Below are positions 1 to 7,241 of a stretch of DNA of 64,000 bases, piece after piece. The translations under genes and the position numbers were made by a program. Numbering within the stretch: the first letter of the stretch is position 1; each line of letters begins with the position of its first letter. The notes under the pieces were generated by a model. That model ran no database searches. It was given only the letters and a program-made list of their open reading frames with translations, and had not been told where the DNA came from. The stretch comes from Syntrophorhabdales bacterium. Lineage in GTDB: Bacteria; Desulfobacterota; Syntrophorhabdia; Syntrophorhabdales; WCHB1-27. The stretch is from positions 14,202-78,201 of the forward strand of contig DATFYE010000113.1 in assembly GCA_035315185.1 (NCBI GenBank), read 5' to 3'.

Positions 1-30
1 TTCGATCTCAGTGAGCATCTCTTCCTGCAT
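1..30 (-). CDS. 5' end of an unidentified gene running off the window (possibly the next gene of an atp-type operon)
   Basis: Minus-strand ATG at 28-30 overlaps the TGA stop (30-32) of the AtpZ-like ORF (ATGA). It reads MQEEMLTEIE and then leaves the window. Confidence 0.3.
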   Translation of the reverse strand, partial: MQEEMLTEIE

Positions 31-290
31 CATTCGTCATTATCCTTATTCTCGCTTTCTCTCTCAGCCTTCTTCCACGTCCGGTAAAGCGCTTTCATGC
101 CCGCCACCAGGCCAAAAACCAGAAAAACGAGGGTCAGTATGGGAGCGGTCTTGAAATAACGGTCCAGGTAATAACCCATTCCCAGGCCAATCGCAACGCA
201 GAGGCCCATCTCCAGGCCCAAACTCCCGTATGTCAGGAACGATGTGAACGCCTCCCTCTTGCTGCTTTCAGGCTTATTGCTTTTTGCCAT
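30..290 (-). CDS. AtpZ/AtpI-family small membrane protein (putative F0F1-ATPase accessory subunit)
   Basis: 86 aa with two hydrophobic helices (LGLEMGLCVAIGLGMGYYL, PILTLVFLVFGLVAGM) and a charged C-tail, as is typical of AtpZ-like proteins. Confidence 0.6.
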   Translation of the reverse strand: MAKSNKPESSKREAFTSFLTYGSLGLEMGLCVAIGLGMGYYLDRYFKTAPILTLVFLVFGLVAGMKALYRTWKKAERESENKDNDE

Positions 291-399
291 ACTGCTGCCT
301 GGCCCATTTTATGTAACATAGGGGTCTTCGTTAGTCAACCGATTTCGTTCCCCCGTAACCGGGGGTAAGCCAGGCTGCGCGCTGCTTAGATCATCGGCG

Positions 400-657
400 T
401 TACTTCTTGAGCAGCTTCCGGCTCTCGCCAAAGGGGTAGACCGGGAAGGTCTCGAACGTGAGGAGGTCGAGCCACGCTGATCTGCTCGCGATGAGCCCCT
501 TTGCGTCCGTATCAACAACGTTGATGGTGCGGCATCCCTGAAGATCAAAAAACTCACAGACAACGTTCACACCCTTAGGCCATTTCCAGCCGGCCCTTCT
601 CTTTGCCACGCTCTTCTCATCCTCCGGCCTCCACGTGCAAATGTTCATGAAAAACAT
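400..657 (-). CDS. Small conserved hypothetical protein, DUF3303-like
   Basis: 85 aa. The MFFMNICTW..PED start and W.DLLTFETFPV end resemble the DUF3303 layout as recalled from memory. Confidence 0.4.
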   Translation of the reverse strand: MFFMNICTWRPEDEKSVAKRRAGWKWPKGVNVVCEFFDLQGCRTINVVDTDAKGLIASRSAWLDLLTFETFPVYPFGESRKLLKK

Positions 658-770
658 ACGCGCCTCCTTTTAGGTGTGTTTTCTCTAATTATAGCAGACA
701 TATTGGAATTACAGCAATCTCAGAATTATTTTGAATTCCGGGCCTTTCCTGTGCTATAAAGATTGTTCTT

Positions 771-844
771 GGGCCGTTAGCTCAGTCCGGTAGAGCAGCT
801 GACTCTTAATCAGGAGGCCGAAGGTTCGAATCCTTCACGGCCCA
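771..844 (+). tRNA. tRNA-Lys (anticodon CTT)
   Basis: Cloverleaf folded by hand. Acceptor GGGCCGT/ACGGCCC, D arm GCTC-AGTCCGGTA-GAGC, anticodon loop CTCTTAA (CTT at 805-807), T arm GAAGG-TTCGAAT-CCTTC, discriminator A. No encoded CCA. Confidence 0.9.
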
Positions 845-864
845 CTCTTGAAACGCAAGGATTT

Positions 865-893
865 ACGGGCTTTTCGGCCCGTTTTCTGTTTTT
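865..893 (+). terminator. Rho-independent terminator after tRNA-Lys
   Basis: ACGGGC-ttttcg-GCCCGT hairpin followed by TTTCTGTTTTT. Confidence 0.6.
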
Positions 894-1310
894 ACCCCCG
901 TTGAGCAAAATAGGGCAAAATAGGGAATTCCAACACCGTTTTGCAGGCAAAATGCAGGCACTTTTTCCGAGCATTTTTCCTTATGAGAGTAAGGCTTTTC
1001 GGAAAGAGTCTCAACACGGTTATTCCGGATTGATGAAAATATGGTGGAGTAAGATCCAAAACACTTGAGGGAGGCCGAATTTGATCAACTGGAATTCTGG
1101 CCAGGTCTCGATTGATTACCAAAGCCTTTTTCTCCTCCTGGATCTTTGAAAAAGTAGTCCCGGCATACAGAAGTCTCTCCCCAGAATTTATATACAAACG
1201 ATTTTCTCTAACATAGTCCTCTCCTTCCATAAAGATCTGGCGTTAACCATCTTGCGGAGGAAAAGCTCATAACACTTCCCCTTCCCTGTTTACCCTCATA
1301 TACAATCTTC

Positions 1311-1338
1311 GTGACTCCATCCTTGACCTTGCTACAAT
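1311..1338 (+). promoter_or_regulatory. Sigma70-like promoter of paralog module copy 1
   Basis: GTGACT-16 nt-TACAAT. Homologous in sequence to TTGACT-16 nt-TACAAT at 18596-18623. Confidence 0.5.
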
Positions 1339-1379
1339 TGGTGCTTATAGGCAGGTTAAGGCATACAAGGGGGATCTGT

Positions 1380-1601
1380 ATGGGCCAGCCAGATGAGCAA
1401 TCCATCGGACAGTTGGGAATCGGCCACATAGCATCCCTGTTGGGCGTCAGCGTTGATAGCCTCCCTGGTGATAGAAGACAGCTCGAAACCTTGGCGGAGC
1501 TCACAGAGGCGCTCCTTGAGAAGAACGGAGAGGAGTGGTTAGGGCAAAATGGGGATGTGATTCTGGAGCAATGGGAGACCATGCTGAGGCTGGGGATATA
1601 G
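1380..1601 (+). CDS. 73-aa conserved hypothetical protein, paralog of 18790..19011
   Basis: ATG at 1380 follows a GGGGGA RBS. MGQPDEQSIGQLGIGHIASLLGVSVDSLPGDRRQ...ILEQWETMLRLGI aligns end to end with the 73-aa ORF at 18790. Confidence 0.6.
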   Translation: MGQPDEQSIGQLGIGHIASLLGVSVDSLPGDRRQLETLAELTEALLEKNGEEWLGQNGDVILEQWETMLRLGI

Positions 1602-1858
1602 AGCAGGAAGGAAGAAGAGAAGTCAAACCAGTTGAGGATCTTCAAAGGGCAAACGGGCGGGTCCCTTCATTGCTTGATAATATATTTAATCCGTTTTTTA
1701 CGACCAAAGAAAAAGCGAGCGGGCCGGGTCTCGCCATATCCAACAAGATCGTCATGCATCACAACGGCCACATCGAGGTTCGAAGCAGGGCTGGCGAAGG
1801 TGCCATCTTTGTAGTATATCTTCCCCTTAACAGCAAGACACTAACTAGAGAGGGGTGA
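1602..1858 (+). pseudogene. Truncated C-terminal fragment of a sensor histidine kinase (HATPase_c G2-box region only)
   Basis: The frame reads ...LLDNIFNPFFTTKEKASGPGLAISNKIVMHHNGHIEVRSRAGEGAIFVVYLP. There is no H-box or N-box upstream, and the 5' part is occupied by the 73-aa gene. Confidence 0.7.
1624..1656. repeat. 33-bp imperfect direct repeat, copy 1
   Basis: CAAACCAGTTGAGGATCTTCAAAGGGCAAACGG matches 5304-5336 at 28 of 33 positions. Confidence 0.65.
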
Positions 1859-2220
1859 GCATGAAAACTGCAACAATATTGGTTGTCGATGATGAAGCGC
1901 ATATCCGCCTCCTCTTCAAGGAGGAACTTGAGGACGAAGGGTACGCAGTTGATCTCGCCTCTAACGGCCTCGAAGCTCTCGAAAAACTGAAGCGCTCTGT
2001 CTACAGCGTGATCGTGCTGGATATCAAGATGCCGGGGATGGATGGCATTCAGACGCTCGCTGAGATCAAAAAGATCAACAAGGATCAGCCTGTAATTCTT
2101 TGTTCAGCTTACGGCGAGTTCAAGCAGAACTTTGCCAGTTGGATGTGTGATGGATACATTGTGAAGTCCGCCGATACAGGCGAGCTGAAAGAGATGATAA
2201 AAAGGGTCTCTGGGGCGTAG
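1855..2220 (+). CDS. Stand-alone CheY-like response regulator receiver protein
   Basis: ILVVDDE...VIVLDIKMPGMDG...PVILCSAY...GYIVKS are receiver-domain signatures. An ATG at 1861 is an alternative start. Confidence 0.9.
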   Translation: MSMKTATILVVDDEAHIRLLFKEELEDEGYAVDLASNGLEALEKLKRSVYSVIVLDIKMPGMDGIQTLAEIKKINKDQPVILCSAYGEFKQNFASWMCDGYIVKSADTGELKEMIKRVSGA

Positions 2221-2302
2221 CATGAAAACGCTCAGGAAGCCCTCATTCCGGCGGGTGGCTTCGGCACGAGGCCGCTTTCGGCGACAAAGGCTGTGCGAAA
2301 GA

Positions 2303-2345
2303 GCTGTATTCTGCACTGCGTGTGACTATTATACGGTGTTCAGGG
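2303..2345. repeat. Dispersed short repeat, partial copy C
   Basis: GCTGTATTCTGCACTGCGTGTGACTATTATACGGTGTTCAGGG aligns with the 3' half of the copies at 4307 and 11137. Confidence 0.5.
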
Positions 2346-2420
2346 CGCAGGATGGGAAGAACTGAGTGCACCTGAGGCGTGGGAAGCACGGGTAGTGGGT
2401 CAGTTTGAATTTCTTCCGTC

Positions 2421-2449
2421 TTGCCATGCTTAAGCGCTCATGCTATACT
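2421..2449 (+). promoter_or_regulatory. Sigma70-like promoter
   Basis: TTGCCA-17 nt-TATACT, ending 7 nt before the ATG at 2456. Confidence 0.5.
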
Positions 2450-2455
2450 CGAGGT

Positions 2456-2704
2456 ATGGCAAGAAAGAAACGAGCTTCCGATGTAAACATCCTCGCTAAG
2501 CAGATCGTGGACGAAGCGACCCGGAAAGGTTTGCCGGCGGAACCAAAGGCAATCAGAGCGAAGAACCCTGCTGCTGTTGCCCTTGGGAGATTGGGAGGGC
2601 TGAAGGGCGGGAAGGTTAGGGCCGAAAAATTGTCTCCAGAAAAACGAAAAAAAATAGCCCAAAAGGCAGCACAAAAAAGATGGAGCAAAAAAGCGCAACC
2701 ATAG
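2456..2704 (+). CDS. Small basic Lys/Arg-rich protein (putative nucleic-acid binding)
   Basis: MARKKRASD...ALGRLGGLKGGKVRAEKLSPEKRKKIAQKAAQKRW. This is the RLGG-KGG-ARAEKLSPE motif common in small accessory or phage-linked proteins. Confidence 0.55.
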   Translation: MARKKRASDVNILAKQIVDEATRKGLPAEPKAIRAKNPAAVALGRLGGLKGGKVRAEKLSPEKRKKIAQKAAQKRWSKKAQP

Positions 2705-2883
2705 TTGTTGCCAAGAACCACACTTAGCCACAAACAGACTTGTAGCTACAAGTTACCACGTTCCCCTTGACCATCCAACCAACGGTCGGAGTTGATGAAA
2801 AGACAGTTATAGCATACGTGAAGTGGCGGCCTGGCCATCCAAGTAAAGCATGGCGGGCCTTACCGCCGAGAGAAGGAGGACCT

Positions 2884-3102
2884 ATGCTCATTGGAAAACT
2901 CGATGTCAGAACCAGACAAAAGATTCTCGTGACAATTCGGGAGATCAAAAAGATAAAGATGATAGACCTGAGGGTTTATGAGACCAGCGAGGACGGCGAA
3001 ATGGTCGCAACTCCAGCCGGAGTCTCTCTTTCTCCGGATCAGGTGGAGCAGGTGATCGAGTTGCTGAAAGAGGCCAAAAGGAAGGCTACGGAGGAACAAT
3101 AG
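2884..3102 (+). CDS. PC4/YdbC-like single-stranded DNA-binding protein
   Basis: The internal ATG at 2884 is preceded by a perfect AAGGAGGA RBS. IDLRVYETSEDGEMVATPAGVSLSPDQVEQVIELL resembles the PC4 coactivator-like fold. The longer TTG-start ORF from 2767 is less likely. Confidence 0.55.
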   Translation: MLIGKLDVRTRQKILVTIREIKKIKMIDLRVYETSEDGEMVATPAGVSLSPDQVEQVIELLKEAKRKATEEQ

Positions 3103-3260
3103 TATACGCAAGATCGATCCACATGGGGTTGCTTCGAAAGAGATGGGAGAGGCTGTAGCCGGACGACAACCCGTATTGACTTCCGTCTACGTATCATGAG
3201 ATAACGGTTCACCGGAGATTATCGTCGTAGCATTCAATTCTGACAAAGGAGTTTGTACAC

Positions 3261-3464
3261 ATGGCACAAGGAACAGTGAAGTGGTTCAACGATGCTAAGG
3301 GCTTCGGCTTTATTACCCAGGATGGTGGCGGGGACATTTTTGTCCATCACTCCGCCATTCAAGGGGAGGGCTTCAAGTCTTTGTCGGAAGGCCAGAGGGT
3401 TGAATTTGACGTCGTGCAGGGACAGAAAGGACCAGCCGCAGCAAATGTTCAGAAGATAAAATAG
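3261..3464 (+). CDS. cspA: Cold-shock protein (CspA family)
   Basis: [18 protein letters not shown]...DIFVHHSAI contains the RNP1 and RNP2 motifs. Confidence 0.95.
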   Translation: MAQGTVKWFNDAKGFGFITQDGGGDIFVHHSAIQGEGFKSLSEGQRVEFDVVQGQKGPAAANVQKIK

Positions 3465-3729
3465 GCAATCGAGGATACGTGGCAGCCAGTGGACCCTTCA
3501 GGAACCGGGGATATGGCTGAGGAGACTGCGCGATCGCAGGTAAGATCGGGAGCGGCAGGAGACAGCCTTGAAACTGATGCTCATTACGACTTGCAGTGTT
3601 TGCTAATCCACTAAGGCTTCAACGCCTTTCCACGACATAACAGGCGACTTCTTAATATGATTGATAGATTGAGCAATAGCAGTGGCGATAAAGCCGGTCG
3701 ATTCACTGAGTGGGATACCTAAAATCAAT

Positions 3730-4257
3730 TCAGCTATTCTTTCCAATCTGCGTGTACTTTTTTTCAAATTCCAGAGGCTTGAATCCTATCCTTATCTGCT
3801 TACCAGATTTTGCTTGTATTATATGGCTGCATATAACATCTTTGATGACCCATTCGGAAATGTTCGCGTTATCAATACATGCACCGCTTAGGTTTGCCTT
3901 TGTTAAATCTGTCTTTATGAGAATAGAGGCAGTTAAGGTAGCGTCAGTGAGATCGGCTCCGCTGAGATCGGCATCGCTGAGATCGGCTCCAATGAGATCG
4001 GCTGCAAAGAGATCGACTATAGTGAGCTTGGCTGCAATGAGGTTGGCTCCAATGAGGTTGGCTCCGCTGAGATCGGCATCGCTGAGGTCGGCATCGCTGA
4101 GGTCAGCATCGCTGAGGTCAGCTGCAATGAGGTTGGCTCCAATGAGGTTGGCTCCCCCGAGCTTGGCTCCGCTGAGGTTCCATCCTTTTTTTGGCATTTC
4201 CCCTGCAACGACGGCCAAATGAACAAGCCTCGCCCAAGTTTGCTCTCTTGTCATCAT
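3730..4257 (-). CDS. Pentapeptide-repeat protein
   Basis: Long A(D/N)LxG/ADLSD runs (ANLIGANLIAADLSDADLSDADLSDADLSGANL). The DNA shows a 15-bp periodicity at about 3940-4150. Confidence 0.9.
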   Translation of the reverse strand: MMTREQTWARLVHLAVVAGEMPKKGWNLSGAKLGGANLIGANLIAADLSDADLSDADLSDADLSGANLIGANLIAAKLTIVDLFAADLIGADLSDADLSGADLTDATLTASILIKTDLTKANLSGACIDNANISEWVIKDVICSHIIQAKSGKQIRIGFKPLEFEKKYTQIGKNS

Positions 4258-4306
4258 CTCTTATTATATCATCGGCTGTGCGTTCATAGTTGATAACCCT
4301 CTGCTC

Positions 4307-4362
4307 CAAGCCCACCCTACCATGCTGTCTATTGTACTGCGTGTGAGCTACACGGGTTCAGG
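4307..4362. repeat. Dispersed short repeat, copy A
   Basis: CAAGCCCACCCTACCATGCTGTCTA (25 nt identical to 11137-11161) followed by TTGTACTGCGTG...CACGGGTTCAGG. Confidence 0.75.
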
Positions 4363-4472
4363 CATCTTAGCAGCCACGGAATACCCACATAGATAGTAAG
4401 ACACAGGTATTGCTCGCTGCGAATGCGACGTCAATGTGACACCCTACGTGAATTGAACTCACTACAGACCGG

Positions 4473-5000
4473 GTGTATGCTATGAGTCAAAATCCAGCAG
4501 AAGGGGCAATCATGGGCAACAAAGAAGATATTAAGGCAAATACCTTTGAGAAGATTCTTATGGCAAAGAAGGCATCGGCGAGAAACATGACCGGCACCGA
4601 AGACCTGCTGAGCGCCATGAGTGCCACAAGCAACCAAGATACAGAGGCAGAGACCGAGAAACCACGTAAAGCACATAAGACACGTTGGTTACAGATCCTT
4701 GTGGCATGCTGTTGCATTCTCATCATAGCCGCCGCAGGAATAGACTTTCTCTACGTCAACTCTGAAATTAGTGCAGTCCAATCCGCCGTCGGATCAGCCG
4801 TCAAAGATCTCGATACGCTCAAGGCACAACTGGCTGTGACCGACGTAAGAAAACAGCTTACCGCTGTCACTGCCGAGGTGGAGGACCTCAAGGCAACCAA
4901 CACACAGCTCCGGGCTGAGGTGAAAGAGATGAGGGATACCCTTGAAGCGCTGAAAGCAAGGAAAAACGGCGTTGTTCCTGCGCCACAAAAACGCAGGTGA
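4473..5000 (+). CDS. Membrane-anchored coiled-coil protein, paralog of 19076..19510
   Basis: MTGTEDLL...one TM (LQILVACCCILIIAAAGI)...AVTAEVEDLKATNTQLRAE...LEALKARKN aligns with the 144-aa ORF at 19076. The true start may be an internal Met at 4482, 4512 or 4560. Confidence 0.6.
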   Translation: MYAMSQNPAEGAIMGNKEDIKANTFEKILMAKKASARNMTGTEDLLSAMSATSNQDTEAETEKPRKAHKTRWLQILVACCCILIIAAAGIDFLYVNSEISAVQSAVGSAVKDLDTLKAQLAVTDVRKQLTAVTAEVEDLKATNTQLRAEVKEMRDTLEALKARKNGVVPAPQKRR

Positions 5001-5069
5001 CAGTCAGGGTCAAGAAGCAACCCATATGAACAGAGATGCTACTTGTCAATGAAGGATTAGAATTACAGC

Positions 5070-5300
5070 ATGGCTAAGGTGAAGATTTACATCGTCGGAA
5101 AAGATAGAAAAGTGGGTGCCATGGTAAAAGCGTTGGCACGTGAGATAGCTGGTTTCCAGCCGGTTAGAGGAGCAACAAAGGAGTTTCTCGCCGCACATGG
5201 ATACTATTTGTTTGATTTCCCTAGTGCTTCCAGAGCAGCGGAGTTCAAGGAAGCCGTCCGGAAGTATCTGCCCGTTTCGTTGGCCACAATCCAGGAATGA
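5070..5300 (+). CDS. Hypothetical 76-aa protein
   Basis: ORF only, with a weak RBS. Confidence 0.35.
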   Translation: MAKVKIYIVGKDRKVGAMVKALAREIAGFQPVRGATKEFLAAHGYYLFDFPSASRAAEFKEAVRKYLPVSLATIQE

Positions 5301-5303
5301 ACC

Positions 5304-5336
5304 CAATCCAGTTGAGGATCCTCAAGGGGGAAATGG
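5304..5336. repeat. 33-bp imperfect direct repeat, copy 2
   Basis: CAATCCAGTTGAGGATCCTCAAGGGGGAAATGG. Confidence 0.65.
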
Positions 5337-5414
5337 CACGGGTATAGGCAGGAATGGACAGAAGAGGCAGCGCGGAATGGTAGGGCCTGAAAGAAACCCC
5401 TGCAGGCGGATGGT

Positions 5415-5885
5415 CTAATCTTTCTCTAAAAGCACCTTCTTATAGCTAATCTTGTAAGTCAGCTGAGAAGGATTCTCGACAGGTTCCTGCAAGATTGGCA
5501 AGGCCGAACAGGTCCACGTAGTTTCACCCGGCTTGATGATGGCGGCCCACTGGTAATCGCTGCCTGCGCCCACCTTCGCGATGTTTATCAGGTACCCCGG
5601 TTTGAGTACGGCAATGGACCACTTCACCTCTTTGACTCTTCTGCCACTCTTATTGTCAATTGAGATGCGCAGAGGAAACGCATTAGAACAGGTGGCAGGA
5701 TCGTAGCGCACGGCCATTTCAACCCTGCCTGGCAAATACTGGGTTTCATAGTGCCTGTAGAGCGTAAGAACACTTATCCCGATGCTACAGAGGACGATCA
5801 CAACACGAGCGCGCCCGGGGAGCTTGGACCAAGACGCCAAAATTATGATGAGGGCTATAACCCATATCCATAGCATCTCTACCAA
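5415..5885 (-). CDS. Hypothetical membrane-anchored protein
   Basis: Two N-terminal hydrophobic helices followed by a soluble beta-rich domain. No recognisable family. Confidence 0.45.
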   Translation of the reverse strand: MVEMLWIWVIALIIILASWSKLPGRARVVIVLCSIGISVLTLYRHYETQYLPGRVEMAVRYDPATCSNAFPLRISIDNKSGRRVKEVKWSIAVLKPGYLINIAKVGAGSDYQWAAIIKPGETTWTCSALPILQEPVENPSQLTYKISYKKVLLEKD

Positions 5886-6211
5886 CTATCTATAGCATAA
5901 CGAGGAGTCACTGACCAACTGGATAGGTGGCAAAGCGTTCAGAAGATACTCTTCCCCGTCAAGGAAACTGCAAGATTACCCGGTGCCTTCTGAAATATTT
6001 TGGAAAACAGTTGAGCATGGACGGTATTTCGATCATATGGAACCATGGCGGCTTTCGATTGATTATCAAAGTCCCTTCCTCCCTCAGCAATACTGGCTAA
6101 AAATATGCGTTCTATGAGAGAAAACACTTGTACAGCCAGTAAAGGCGTGGTATTAAAAGATTGTACGCTTGTAGAAGCGCGCCAAATCTAACCGCTTAAG
6201 GAGGAAGATGT

Positions 6212-6484
6212 ATGACAAAAGCAGAGCTAATCGAAAAGATGGCGAAGGATGCAAAAGTCACCAAAGCAGCGGCTGACAAAGCAATTGATTCATTTGTCGA
6301 TAATGTAAAGAAAGCCCTGAAGAAGGGAGAGAAGGTTACTCTTATCGGTTTCGGTACGTTCTCTGTGACGCAGAGAAAAGCAAGAAAAGGGAGAAATCCG
6401 CAGACTGGTAAGGAGATAAAGATTGCTGCGAGGAAGGCTCCGAAATTCAAAGCTGGCAGTGACCTTAAGAAAGCGGTGAAGTAG
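6212..6484 (+). CDS. hup: DNA-binding protein HU
   Basis: MTKAELIEKMAK...FGTFSVTQRKARKGRNPQTGKEIKIAARKAPKFKAG is the canonical HU/IHF signature. GGAGGA RBS. Confidence 0.95.
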   Translation: MTKAELIEKMAKDAKVTKAAADKAIDSFVDNVKKALKKGEKVTLIGFGTFSVTQRKARKGRNPQTGKEIKIAARKAPKFKAGSDLKKAVK

Positions 6485-6792
6485 AAAGCAGTACGTTACT
6501 CGAGACGACGATTTTTCCACCCTGACCAGGAGGACCTAGTTATCGCTCTGGAACGGTGGAGGCGAATTAAGCTCAATACATAATCAGCAGGAACACCGTT
6601 GCGCTGATTCGAGAGCCTCATTTAGTACTTCCTGTAGTGTTGAAAATCCCACTTGCTCACGGAGTTGCGGATTATGTACGGTAATTGTCGGTTCTCTACA
6701 ATTTATCTCATCCAACATGATCCTCTCGCGACGTGTTTGAACAGCAGTATCTATAGGCCATAAAGCTTAATAAAAAAGTATTAATTATTTGC

Positions 6793-6820
6793 TTGACAGA
6801 ACCTATACCGATGCTACAAT
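6793..6820 (+). promoter_or_regulatory. Near-consensus sigma70 promoter with a ~420-nt downstream leader
   Basis: TTGACA-16 nt-TACAAT. The next plus-strand gene starts at 7242. Confidence 0.55.
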
Positions 6821-7241
6821 CACAATAGGGGGACGAAAACTCGCTTCTGAAGGGTCCCTTAGGGATAGAACGCAGCGAGCATTTTAGAGCGAAGATAATC
6901 GAGCTGCCTCCGCAGGATAAATCTTCCGGCAGTTCACTCACATTCTAATTGGAGACCAAGATGGGCTGTTTGACAGAAAGGGGTGATTCCATTGGACAAC
7001 TATCTTTCCGAAGCTTGATCGTCTCGATCGAGTAGAAGATCACTCTTTCCATAAACTCAAAGGGGGAGCGCTGTAAACAACAAACACGCAAGCAAGTTCC
7101 TATCAAATCTAGTGCTCAGGGGGCGTCTGAACCCAGGGGGAAAGGAGGTAACGCTGTAAAATGCCACACTGAAACAAAAATCGACACCGGGCTTAGTTTC
7201 CACTGATCACTTAACAAAATGTATGAAAAGGAGAAAAATTT

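Noticed and set aside
892-1230. 112-aa ORF next to tRNA-Lys, considered as an integrase
   Set aside because: There are no tyrosine-recombinase motifs (R..H.LR..Y). Similarity to the fragment at 5939-6127 requires a frameshift. It is treated as a probable gene remnant and not annotated as a CDS.
2767-2883. N-terminal extension (TTG start) of the PC4-like gene
   Set aside because: The internal ATG at 2884 has a perfect AAGGAGGA RBS and gives the usual ~70-aa length. The extension has no recognisable features.
3710-4222. 170-aa ORF with LRSASLRSA repeats, and the 15-bp DNA periodicity at about 3940-4150 that could resemble a repeat array
   Set aside because: It is the antisense frame of the pentapeptide-repeat gene. 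The periodicity is coding (5 codons), there are no spacers, and it is not a CRISPR array.
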